64,000 nt of DNA from an uncultured Chloroflexia bacterium. GTDB taxonomy: Bacteria > Chloroflexota > Limnocylindria > QHBO01. The translations under genes were made by a program, and so were the position numbers. Positions 55,158 through 64,000 of the stretch are shown here, in pieces. The notes under the pieces were generated by a model that was given only the letters and a program-made list of their open reading frames with translations, was not told the origin of the DNA and did no database searches. The stretch is taken from positions 313,082 through 377,081 of the forward strand of contig CAWJZO010000002.1 of NCBI GenBank assembly GCA_963847375.1. Direction: 5' to 3'. Every line of letters starts with the position of its first letter. Position 1 is the stretch's first letter.

Positions 55158-58100
55158 TCAAGGGGCAGGTCGCAGGGCGACCAGCTGACCGATGTTGGCG
55201 GCCGAGATGGCGGCGGTCGCCACCCGACTGCCGGTGGCCCCGCTGGCCGGGATGGGCTGGTCGTCCAGGCTGGCCGTCAGCGGGTTGCTCGTCCCGGCGG
55301 GCGTCACGACCTCGGTGCGCTCGGTCATGCCCGCGGGCGGGCCGATGGTGGTGGTGCCGACGATGCCGAAGAAGCCGACCAGCCGCGTGTCGGGCACGGT
55401 GGTGGTCAGCGACGGCGCGGTGATCGAGGCCGAGCCGGCCGAGTCGATGCCGCTGTGGGCCACGATCGGGTTGGCGCCATCGACGCCGCTGTAGGCAGCG
55501 ATGGTGCCCACGGCCGGGCGCGCGGAGGCGAAGGTCCACGTGTAGCTGGCCGGCTCGGCGCCGCCGGCGACATGGACGTAGACGGCCTGCCGGAAGACCG
55601 TGGCGCGCGGGTCGACGCGCACCAGGGTCCAGCCCGCCGGGGCGGTGATGGCGGTCGTGCTGCGCAGGGCGACCGACGCCAGCAGCACGTCGCCGGAGAC
55701 GGTGCCGCTCGGGCGCGGCAGGACGAGGGTGGTGGTCTTGGTGTTGGCACCGTTGGCCGCCGCGCGCAGCTCGATGCCGCTGCCAGGCGTGGACGAGGTG
55801 ACGGTGATGCTCACCGTCGCGGGTGCCGAGAAGTCGGTGCCGTCGAAGGCGCGGTACGTGAACGAATCCGGTCCGACGTATGCGGCGGTGGGCGTGTAGA
55901 GCACGCTGGCGGTGTCGCTGTTCGAGGCGCACGGGTTCGGCCCGATCGCGCCGAGCGAGCCGTGCGTCGGCCCGGTCACGATGCTGAAGGTCAGCTCGCA
56001 AGTCGAGTCATCGGTTGCGGCCAGGGTGACGCCCAGGGCCGTGTCCTGCGGGGTCGAGACGGCGAGGTCTGCCGCGGTGGGCGGACTGTTTCCGGGCGGT
56101 CCACCGCCTCCGGGTCGCAGGGCGACCAGCTGACCGATGTTGGCGGCCGAGATGGCGGCGGTCGCCACCCGACTGCCGGTGGCCCCGCTGGCCGGGATGG
56201 GCTGGTCGTCCAGGCTGGCCGTCAGCGGGTTGCTCGTCCCGGCGGGCGTCACGACCTCGGTGCGCTCGGTCATGCCCGCGGGCGGGCCGATGGTGGTGGT
56301 GCCGACGATGCCGAAGAAGCCGACCAGCCGCGTGTCGGGCACGGTGGTGGTCAGCGACGGCGCGGTGATCGAGGCCGAGCCGGCCGAGTCGATGCCGCTG
56401 TGGGCCACGATCGGGTTGGCGCCATCGACGCCGCTGTAGGCAGCGATGGTGCCCACGGCCGGGCGCGCGGAGGCGAAGGTCCACGTGTAGCTGGCCGGCT
56501 CGGCGCCGCCGGCGACATGGACGTAGACGGCCTGCCGGAAGACCGTGGCGCGCGGGTCGACGCGCACCAGGGTCCAGCCCGCCGGGGCGGTGATGGCGGT
56601 CGTGCTGCGCAGGGCGACCGACGCCAGCAGCACGTCGCCGGAGACGGTGCCGCTCGGGCGCGGCAGGACGAGGGTGGTGGTCTTGGTGTTGGCACCGTTG
56701 GCCGCCGCGCGCAGCTCGATGCCGCTGCCAGGCGTGGACGAGGTGACGGTGATGCTCACCGTCGCGGGTGCCGAGAAGTCGGTGCCGTCGAAGGCGCGGT
56801 ACGTGAACGAATCCGGTCCGACGTATGCGGCGGTGGGCGTGTAGAGCACGCTGGCGGTGTCGCTGTTCGAGGCGCACGGGTTCGGCCCGATCGCGCCGAG
56901 CGAGCCGTGCGTCGGCCCGGTCACGATGCTGAAGGTCAGCTCGCAAGTCGAGTCATCGGTTGCGGCCAGGGTGACGCCCAGGGCCGTGTCCTGCGGGGTC
57001 GAGACGGCGAGGTCTGCCGCGGTGGGCGGACTGTTTCCGGGCGGTCCACCGCCTCCGGGTCGCAGGGCGACCAGCTGACCGATGTTGGCGGCCGAGATGG
57101 CGGCGGTCGCCACCCGACTGCCGGTGGCCCCGCTGGCCGGGATGGGCTGGTCGTCCAGGCTGGCCGTCAGCGGGTTGCTCGTCCCGGCGGGCGTCACGAC
57201 CTCGGTGCGCTCGGTCATGCCCGCGGGCGGGCCGATGGTGGTGGTGCCGACGATGCCGAAGAAGCCGACCAGCCGCGTGTCGGGCACGGTGGTGGTCAGC
57301 GACGGCGCGGTGATCGAGGCCGAGCCGGCCGAGTCGATGCCGCTGTGGGCCACGATCGGGTTGGCGCCATCGACGCCGCTGTAGGCAGCGATGGTGCCCA
57401 CGGCCGGGCGCGCGGAGGCGAAGGTCCACGTGTAGCTGGCCGGCTCGGCGCCGCCGGCGACATGGACGTAGACGGCCTGCCGGAAGACCGTGGCGCGCGG
57501 GTCGACGCGCACCAGGGTCCAGCCCGCCGGGGCGGTGATGGCGGTCGTGCTGCGCAGGGCGACCGACGCCAGCAGCACGTCGCCGGAGACGGTGCCGCTC
57601 GGGCGCGGCAGGACGAGGGTGGTGGTCTTGGTGTTGGCACCGTTGGCCGCCGCGCGCAGCTCGATGCCGCTGCCAGGCGTGGACGAGGTGACGGTCCAAT
57701 CGAAGAGGTCGGTGGCATCCACCGTCGTGCCATCGCGCACGGTGACCTCGACGTGCCAGGGGCTGCCGCCTGCGGCACCCGCCGCGATCGTGCCGGTGAT
57801 GATGCCGGTGCCGGTGTCGATGCTCAGCCCGGTCGGAAGGCCGGTCGCGGCATACGTGAGCGGATCGAGGTCAGGGTCGGTGGCGGCGGCCGACAGCGCG
57901 ATTGACGCGTCCTCGGGGTCGGTCCGGTCGGGCAGGTTCTGGTTGAAGGTCGGGTTGCGGTTCACGTTGGTGACCGTCCACGTGAACGTGTCGGTGTCGT
58001 CGACGGTCGCCCCGTCACGCACGGTGATGCTGACGTTCCAGGGGCTGCCCGACGCGGCGGTGAACGCGATCGTGCCGGTGATGAGGCCGGTGCCCGAGTC

Positions 58101-61100
58101 GATGCTCAGTCCGGTCGGCAGGCCGGTAGCGGCATAGGTCAGATCGTCGCCATCCGGATCGGTGGCGGCGGCCGAGAGCGTGATCCCCGCGTTCTCCGGA
58201 TCGGTCCGGTTGCCGAGATTCTGGTTGAACGTCGGCTCACCGTTCGGCGCGGCATGCACGGTGCCGGTGCCCGAGTCGGTGAAGGTGCTGCCGGCGATGG
58301 GCAGGAAGACCCAGTCGTAGGTGGTGGCGTGCAGGGTCAGCTTGAGGATGCCGAAGTTCTCGTCGTCACGCACCTGGCTGGTGGGCAGCGGCGTGGCCAG
58401 GCCGTGATGGGCCTCGCCGCCGGTGCCGACCGTGAACTGGCGGATGCCGAAGGTCGGGTCGGCCACTGGCGGTGATGCCAGGGTTGCGCCCGAGCGCATC
58501 GGCGCGGTGCGCTCGTAGATGTGGTCGTGGCCGTCGAGCAGAATGTCGACCCCGGCCGCGTAGAGCGCATCCCACAGCGGTTGCAGGGTCTGCAGGTTGG
58601 TGGCACCCGAGCTGTAGCGCGGCTTGTGCCATACGGCGATGACGTTCTTCGAGCTGTTGGCAGCAAGGTCGGCCTTGAGCCACACCTCCTGGGGGGAGCC
58701 GACGTTGCAGCCGCCGACCAGGGCGCACTCGGTGTCGAGGTTGACGATGTGCCAGTTGCTGGCGGGGATGTCGTAGCTGTAGTAGCTCTGACCGTCGGCA
58801 TCGGTGGCGGCGGCGCCGTAGTAGCCGATGTAGCCGGCCAGGCTGTTGGTGGCGCCCAGGCCCCAGTCATGGTTGCCCGGCACCGGCCGCGTGCGGGACT
58901 TGATGCCGACGCTGCCCCATGGCGTGGGGGCGTAGCAATTGGAGAAGTCGGCAGCGGTGCCGTTGGGGTAGACGTTGTCGCCAGTGGTCCAGATGTGGCC
59001 GTCGATGCCGGCGATGAGATTGCCGACATCGGTGTCGGTGGTGACGTCGCAGGATGCGATGTCGCCGGTGCCGACGAAGACCGGGTCGGCGCTGGACACG
59101 GTGTGGAACGTCCACGTCGGGCCGGTGCTGGTGGCCACCCCGTCACTGACGGTGACGAACCACTCAAAGGTCTGCCCGGCTCCCAGGTTGGACCAGGTGG
59201 CGGTCGTGTTCGTGCCCGACGGCACGCCGGTGTCCTGGTCGACCTGGACGAAGTTGCCGCTGGCCAGCGGGCGCCCGAAGAAGGTCACCGTCAGCGGGTC
59301 AGTATCCGGATCGGCAACCGACACGTCGAGCGTCGGTGAGAGGCTCACCCCGGTGGCGCCGTTGGTCGGAGCGTTCAGGGTCGGCAGGCCGGGCGTCTCG
59401 TTGCCCGCCCCGGGCGTGACGGGTGCACCCGCCACCCAGGCGAAGCCGCTACCGGTAATCGTGCCGTTGGCCGGCGTCGTCATCGAGTCAGCGACAGTGG
59501 TGCCGCCGGCATCGTTCAGGGCCCACCGCGCCACGAGGCCGGTGCCGGAGGTCAGCTCGAGATCCTTGCTGGCGTTGATCTGGGCGGTGCTACGCGCGAC
59601 GCTCCAGACTCGCGCCTCGTCGATGACGCCGTCGAAGCGGCCGAGGGCGGCGTCGGCCGTGGTGATCATCGTGCCCAGTGCCACACGCTGGGTCGAGTCG
59701 GAGCGAGGGTGCAGGCCAGGGTTGACGCTGGCCTCGAGGTTGCCGTCCAGATAGACGGCCCACGTCGTGCCGTTGAATGTGGCGGCGGCGTGGTGCCAGA
59801 CGTCGTCGGTGATGGCGGTGATGCCGCTGATCGGAACGTTCTGACCGGTCGGGGCCGGGTCGTCGACGGCCTCGAAGTCAGCCGCGATCACGTTGCCAGC
59901 GGTGTTGATGCCGAGGATCCAGTTGGCGTCGACGTTCGAGCCCTCCGCCTCGGGAGCGCCATGGGTCAGCAGCGGCACGATGGTGATCCCGCCCGTCCCC
60001 GTCGTGTTGGGGGTGCCGATCCCGGTCCGCTTGAACCATGTTTCGACCGTGAAGGTGGCGAGGTCGAGCTTCGCCGGGTCGCCGAACGTGACGTAGGCGC
60101 CGCTCGAACCGAGCTTCAGCCCGGAGCCGATTCCGGTCGCCGAGTCCTCGTTCGAGGCACCGGACTCATGGTCAGTCGCGTCGACAGCCGTCACGACGTA
60201 GTGGTATGTGACCCCGTCGGTGACATCGCCGTCGGTGTAGGACGGACTCGTGAGCGGGGAGCCGTTGAGGGGAGGGCCCGCGATCGACACGCCGGGGCTC
60301 GTCGATCGGTACACGTTGTAGCCAGCCAGATCCGGCTCGCTGTTCGCATCCCAGTCCAGGCCGATGCCGGCGCTGCTCGCGGTCGCGGCGAGGTTCGTCG
60401 GGGCCGCGGGCGGCAGGTCCTGCGGCGGAGCGGCATGGACCGACGCCGTGCCGGAATCGGTGAAGGTCAGACCCGCGATGGGCAGGAACTTCCAGTCGTA
60501 GGTGGTTGCGTGCAGCGTCAGCTTCAAGACGCCATATGCGCTGCCGCTGCCGGCCTCGGTGAGTGGCGACGGACTGAATCCACCGATCGCCGCCCCTCCG
60601 GTCCCAACCGTGAATTGGCGAATGCCGTGCGTCGGATCGGCCTCCTCGTCCGGATTCAGCGGAATCACCCGCTCGTAGAAGTGGTCGTGACCGACCAGCA
60701 GGATGTCGACGCCGAATTCGTAGATGGCCTCGTACAGCGGCTGAAGAGCCGAGCTGCTCGTCCCCGAGCCGAAGAGCGGCCTGTGCCAGATGGCGACGAC
60801 GTTCTCCGTGCTGTTCGCAGCGAGGTCGGCGCGGAGCCACAGCTCCTGCGGGGAGCCCACGCCACAGCCGCCGGGCACCAGCTGGCATTCGCTGTCGAGA
60901 TTCACGACGTGCCAATTGCTGGGAAGGTCGTAGCTGTAGTAGCTCTGCCCGCCCGCGTCGGTCGCCGCGGAGCCGAAGTAGGTGTTATAGGCGTCGAGGT
61001 TGTCGGGGCCGGGCTGGTTCGTTCCCCAGTCGTGGTTGCCAGGGGTCGGGCGCGTTCGGGCCTTGATGGCGCCACCCCACGTCGGCTCGTAGCAGTTGGT

Positions 61101-63137
61101 CCAGTTCGACAGCGTCGTGCCCTCCGGGTAGACGTTGTCGCCCGCGGTCCAGACGGCGCCCATGACGCCACTGATCACCGCCGCCGTCGCAGAGTCCTGG
61201 CTGCGAGTGCAGTCCGCGATGTCGCCGGCGCCAACGAAGACCGGATCTGCACTTGGCGTGGTGATGAACGTCCAGGTCGGGCCGGTGGTCGTTTGGCCGG
61301 CATCCGCGACCGTGACGAACCATTCGAACGTCTGGCCGGCGCCGATCGCGTTCCATGCCGCGCTAGTGGTGGCGGTCGTCACGTTCGTGTTCTGGGCGAT
61401 CTGAGTGAAGTTGCCGCTGGCGAGGGGCCGGCCGAAGAAGGTGACGGTGAGGGGGTCGCTATCCGGATCGGAGACGCCGACATCCAGCGTCGGTGAGGTC
61501 CCGATGCCGGTGGCGCCGTTCGCCGGCGCAATGACGGTCGGGGCCGATGGCGCGCCGTTGAGGACCGGAGGCACGAAGCCGGCCACCCAGGTCGGACTGG
61601 CAACGGTGGCACCGGTGATGTTCGCGCCGCCGCTGTCGGCCAGGCTGCTGCCAATTCCCTCGTTCAGCCCCCAACGGCCGATGAGGCCGGCGGTGGGAAC
61701 GCTGATCTCGTTGTTCTTGTCGGCCTGGATCTGGGCCTGGCTGCGAGCGACGCTCCAGATGCGGACCTCGTCGACGGCGCCCGCGAAGAATCCGGCCGCG
61801 GCGCCCGCCGTGGTCAGGGCACTGCCGACCCCGGTCAGTGCGTTGGTCAGCGCATTGGCCGGCTGGTTGACCGCGAGCGTGCCGTCCAGGGCGCCGTCCA
61901 GGTACAGGTTCCAGCTGATGCCGTCATAGGTGGCCGCGGCGTGATGCCAAACCCCATCGGTGGCGATGACCGCGGTGCCCGTGATCGGATGGTTGGCGCC
62001 GTCGGTGCCGGTCCCTGCCGGGGCCTCCTCGAAATCGGCGACGAGCCGATTGGTCGTCGCGTCGATGCCGAAGAAGTAGTTGATGTCGGCGGCCGTGGTC
62101 TCCGCCTCGGCGCGGCCCTTGGCGATGAGGGGGATGGCGCTCGCGATCCCGCCGCTTCCCGTGCTCGTGCCGGCACCAGCGCCGGTGCGCTTGAACCACA
62201 GCTCCACGGTGAAGGTCGCACTGCGCAGCTGCGACGCGGTTCCTAGCGTGGCGTACTGGGTCGACCCGTTGAGCTGGAGGGCGGTGTTGTCGGTTGCCTT
62301 GAAGCCGGCCACCCAGGTCGGACTGGCAACGGTGGCACCGGTGATGTTCGCGCCGCCGCTGTCGGCCAGGCTGCTGCCAATTCCCTCGTTCAGCCCCCAA
62401 CGGCCGATGAGGCCGGCGGTGGGAACGCTGATCTCGTTGTTCTTGTCGGCCTGGATCTGGGCCTGGCTGCGAGCGACGCTCCAGATGCGGACCTCGTCGA
62501 CGGCGCCCGCGAAGAATCCGGCCGCGGCGCCCGCCGTGGTCAGGGCACTGCCGACCCCGGTCAGTGCGTTGGTCAGCGCATTGGCCGGCTGGTTGACCGC
62601 GAGCGTGCCGTCCAGGGCGCCGTCCAGGTACAGGTTCCAGCTGATGCCGTCATAGGTGGCCGCGGCGTGATGCCAAACCCCATCGGTGGCGATGACCGCG
62701 GTGCCCGTGATCGGATGGTTGGCGCCGTCGGTGCCGGTCCCTGCCGGGGCCTCCTCGAAATCGGCGACGAGCCGATTGGTCGTCGCGTCGATGCCGAAGA
62801 AGTAGTTGATGTCGGCGGCCGTGGTCTCCGCCTCGGCGCGGCCCTTGGCGATGAGGGGGATGGCGCTCGCGATCCCGCCGCTTCCCGTGCTCGTGCCGGC
62901 ACCAGCGCCGGTGCGCTTGAACCACAGCTCCACGGTGAAGGTCGCACTGCGCAGCTGCGACGCGGTTCCTAGCGTGGCGTACTGGGTCGACCCGTTGAGC
63001 TGGAGGGCGGTGTTGGTCGCCGCAGCCGCCGGGGCCGGCGCTGCGAACGGCGTGAGCGCAGAAGCGACGACCAGCATTCCCAGGGCGAATGAGAAGGCAC
63101 GCCGCAGCGTCACAGAAGTGGCTCGGGCACGAAACAC
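55158..63137 (-). CDS. Giant secreted multidomain protein: 3 LamG-like, 2 metallophosphoesterase, FN3, putative Ig, Ig/cadherin-like and 3 uncharacterised repeats
   Basis: Signal peptide (..APAAA); FTVELWFKR/WHHAAATYDG LamG motifs; GDIA, GDNVY, GNHDW and GHDH phosphoesterase motifs twice; GYNVYRS; GLPTGLSID..TG.ITGT twice. Confidence 0.85.
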   Translation of the reverse strand: MFRARATSVTLRRAFSFALGMLVVASALTPFAAPAPAAAATNTALQLNGSTQYATLGTASQLRSATFTVELWFKRTGAGAGTSTGSGGIASAIPLIAKGRAEAETTAADINYFFGIDATTNRLVADFEEAPAGTGTDGANHPITGTAVIATDGVWHHAAATYDGISWNLYLDGALDGTLAVNQPANALTNALTGVGSALTTAGAAAGFFAGAVDEVRIWSVARSQAQIQADKNNEISVPTAGLIGRWGLNEGIGSSLADSGGANITGATVASPTWVAGFKATDNTALQLNGSTQYATLGTASQLRSATFTVELWFKRTGAGAGTSTGSGGIASAIPLIAKGRAEAETTAADINYFFGIDATTNRLVADFEEAPAGTGTDGANHPITGTAVIATDGVWHHAAATYDGISWNLYLDGALDGTLAVNQPANALTNALTGVGSALTTAGAAAGFFAGAVDEVRIWSVARSQAQIQADKNNEISVPTAGLIGRWGLNEGIGSSLADSGGANITGATVASPTWVAGFVPPVLNGAPSAPTVIAPANGATGIGTSPTLDVGVSDPDSDPLTVTFFGRPLASGNFTQIAQNTNVTTATTSAAWNAIGAGQTFEWFVTVADAGQTTTGPTWTFITTPSADPVFVGAGDIADCTRSQDSATAAVISGVMGAVWTAGDNVYPEGTTLSNWTNCYEPTWGGAIKARTRPTPGNHDWGTNQPGPDNLDAYNTYFGSAATDAGGQSYYSYDLPSNWHVVNLDSECQLVPGGCGVGSPQELWLRADLAANSTENVVAIWHRPLFGSGTSSSALQPLYEAIYEFGVDILLVGHDHFYERVIPLNPDEEADPTHGIRQFTVGTGGAAIGGFSPSPLTEAGSGSAYGVLKLTLHATTYDWKFLPIAGLTFTDSGTASVHAAPPQDLPPAAPTNLAATASSAGIGLDWDANSEPDLAGYNVYRSTSPGVSIAGPPLNGSPLTSPSYTDGDVTDGVTYHYVVTAVDATDHESGASNEDSATGIGSGLKLGSSGAYVTFGDPAKLDLATFTVETWFKRTGIGTPNTTGTGGITIVPLLTHGAPEAEGSNVDANWILGINTAGNVIAADFEAVDDPAPTGQNVPISGITAITDDVWHHAAATFNGTTWAVYLDGNLEASVNPGLHPRSDSTQRVALGTMITTADAALGRFDGVIDEARVWSVARSTAQINASKDLELTSGTGLVARWALNDAGGTTVADSMTTPANGTITGSGFAWVAGAPVTPGAGNETPGLPTLNAPTNGATGVSLSPTLDVSVADPDTDPLTVTFFGRPLASGNFVQVDQDTGVPSGTNTTATWSNLGAGQTFEWFVTVSDGVATSTGPTWTFHTVSSADPVFVGTGDIASCDVTTDTDVGNLIAGIDGHIWTTGDNVYPNGTAADFSNCYAPTPWGSVGIKSRTRPVPGNHDWGLGATNSLAGYIGYYGAAATDADGQSYYSYDIPASNWHIVNLDTECALVGGCNVGSPQEVWLKADLAANSSKNVIAVWHKPRYSSGATNLQTLQPLWDALYAAGVDILLDGHDHIYERTAPMRSGATLASPPVADPTFGIRQFTVGTGGEAHHGLATPLPTSQVRDDENFGILKLTLHATTYDWVFLPIAGSTFTDSGTGTVHAAPNGEPTFNQNLGNRTDPENAGITLSAAATDPDGDDLTYAATGLPTGLSIDSGTGLITGTIAFTAASGSPWNVSITVRDGATVDDTDTFTWTVTNVNRNPTFNQNLPDRTDPEDASIALSAAATDPDLDPLTYAATGLPTGLSIDTGTGIITGTIAAGAAGGSPWHVEVTVRDGTTVDATDLFDWTVTSSTPGSGIELRAAANGANTKTTTLVLPRPSGTVSGDVLLASVALRSTTAITAPAGWTLVRVDPRATVFRQAVYVHVAGGAEPASYTWTFASARPAVGTIAAYSGVDGANPIVAHSGIDSAGSASITAPSLTTTVPDTRLVGFFGIVGTTTIGPPAGMTERTEVVTPAGTSNPLTASLDDQPIPASGATGSRVATAAISAANIGQLVALRPGGGGPPGNSPPTAADLAVSTPQDTALGVTLAATDDSTCELTFSIVTGPTHGSLGAIGPNPCASNSDTASVLYTPTAAYVGPDSFTYRAFDGTDFSAPATVSITVTSSTPGSGIELRAAANGANTKTTTLVLPRPSGTVSGDVLLASVALRSTTAITAPAGWTLVRVDPRATVFRQAVYVHVAGGAEPASYTWTFASARPAVGTIAAYSGVDGANPIVAHSGIDSAGSASITAPSLTTTVPDTRLVGFFGIVGTTTIGPPAGMTERTEVVTPAGTSNPLTASLDDQPIPASGATGSRVATAAISAANIGQLVALRPGGGGPPGNSPPTAADLAVSTPQDTALGVTLAATDDSTCELTFSIVTGPTHGSLGAIGPNPCASNSDTASVLYTPTAAYVGPDSFTYRAFDGTDFSAPATVSITVTSSTPGSGIELRAAANGANTKTTTLVLPRPSGTVSGDVLLASVALRSTTAITAPAGWTLVRVDPRATVFRQAVYVHVAGGAEPASYTWTFASARPAVGTIAAYSGVDGANPIVAHSGIDSAGSASITAPSLTTTVPDTRLVGFFGIVGTTTIGPPAGMTERTEVVTPAGTSNPLTASLDDQPIPASGATGSRVATAAISAANIGQLVALRPAP
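55168..57695. repeat. Intragenic tandem repeat, 945-bp unit, ~2.7 copies
   Basis: Identical off-frame ORFs at 55192, 56137 and 57082; no mismatch seen in the segments compared by eye. Confidence 0.92.
61575..63015. repeat. Intragenic tandem repeat, 726-bp unit (LamG domain), ~2 copies
   Basis: Identical off-frame ORFs at 61847/62573 and 61941/62667. Confidence 0.92.
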
Positions 63138-63253
63138 GGAATTCCCCCGCTCGGGATGGGGAAATTGGACGATCCGATCGGCAGCGGCCGATCGGTTGAG
63201 GCACGTCGCCCGATCGGGCCCGCTCGCTCCCCTAAGTGAGCGGACTGCGACGG

Positions 63254-63294
63254 ATAGTACGCTCGGCTGTCAATCATGTGGGACTTTCGTCCCA
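63254..63294 (-). promoter_or_regulatory. Putative promoter of the giant gene: TACTAT -10 plus DevR/NarL-like box TGGGAC-N4-GTCCCA
   Basis: Perfect inverted repeat at 63279-63294, centred about -40 relative to the inferred start downstream of TACTAT (63254-59, minus strand). Confidence 0.5.
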
Positions 63295-63379
63295 AGCCAC
63301 CGGTGACATCGTGCACCGAGGCCGATGGCGCGGCCGCGGCATGCGAGACCGCTTCCTGATCCGGCTACCATCGGCGCCG

Positions 63380-64000
63380 ATGCGTGGGCGATGGGCGGCT
63401 GCACTCGTGACGGCGGTGACTCTGACTGCCTGTGTCAGCGCCTCGCCGACCCCGCCGGGCTCAACAGACCAGGCGCAGCGAAGCGCCACCGCGACGCCCT
63501 ATCCTTCACCGTCCCCCTCACCGACGCCCATCCCCGAGGTCGAGGTGCCACTGGCCGTCGTGACCGGCTACGCCAACGCACGTGCGTCGATCACCCTGGC
63601 CGAGGTCGAGGCCGCCGCAGACCGAATCCTCGTTTCCTGCGAGGTGACCGCCTTCCTCGATCGCACCCTGGTCGCCGGCCGCGACTGTCTGACCGCGACC
63701 GAGATCGTCGAGCAGCTCGCTGGGCATCCTCGGCGCCTCGCGCTCCTGCCGCCATCGCTGGTGGTCCCGACTGTCAAGGTCCTGCCCGTCGACGGGGCCG
63801 ACCTCTTCGGCGGGCCGGCGGCGCGCGGCATGGACTACCCGCTCACTGGCCGCGCGATCGGCGTGGATCCATATGACGCAGCGCAGATTCGGACGTTGAT
63901 GAGCCTCGGCGACTCGTGCCCCGACCGCGGGGTGGCGCATGCCGCGATCACGCGCGGTCTCGGCTGGGACTGGGTTTTCAACGGCGGCACTGCGGAGTAC
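63380..64000 (+). CDS. Lipoprotein, probably CapA (PGA_cap) family; 3'-truncated and absent from the ORF track
   Basis: Manual translation MRGRWAAALVTAVTLTAC (lipobox), P/S/T linker, ...IRTLMSLGDSCPDRGV...VFNGGTAEY, open to the window end. ATG 8 nt after TACCAT. Confidence 0.6.
   Translation, partial: MRGRWAAALVTAVTLTACVSASPTPPGSTDQAQRSATATPYPSPSPSPTPIPEVEVPLAVVTGYANARASITLAEVEAAADRILVSCEVTAFLDRTLVAGRDCLTATEIVEQLAGHPRRLALLPPSLVVPTVKVLPVDGADLFGGPAARGMDYPLTGRAIGVDPYDAAQIRTLMSLGDSCPDRGVAHAAITRGLGWDWVFNGGTAEY

Noticed and set aside
63254-63273. TTGACA/TACTAT as a canonical -35/-10 pair
   Set aside because: The spacer is only 8 bp.

Overview
High-GC (roughly 70% by eye) bacterial chromosomal window, gene-dense, with about 60 CDS. 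I see no tRNA, rRNA, CRISPR array, transposase or integrase. Gene types and the many leaderless starts suggest a Chloroflexota (Limnocylindria-like) or actinobacterial genome; this is inference only. Content, left to right: RIO kinase; vapBC; CYTH-like/Ppx fusion; tag; MFS and split TauE transporters; cyclic-nucleotide signalling genes; two two-component systems; an F420-dependent MarR operon; a polyamine ABC operon lacking its ATPase; a dispersed phenylacetate-type lower pathway (ALDH, paaJ, paaH, paaG, paaF, ethD, ferredoxin) with an Oah-like crotonase carrying a zinc ribbon; a four-subunit 2-oxoacid:ferredoxin oxidoreductase whose beta subunit has a duplicated C-terminal helical module; and a 2659-aa secreted LamG/metallophosphoesterase protein with apparently nucleotide-identical internal repeats. 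The strongest unexplained signal is non-coding. At least six sequence-distinct families of intergenic palindromic (REP/MITE-like) elements occur. These include a 28-bp site repeated three times around the vapBC-ppx-tag block and a ~128-bp element flanking hdeD on both sides. All annotations come from motif reading by eye; no database searches were run.
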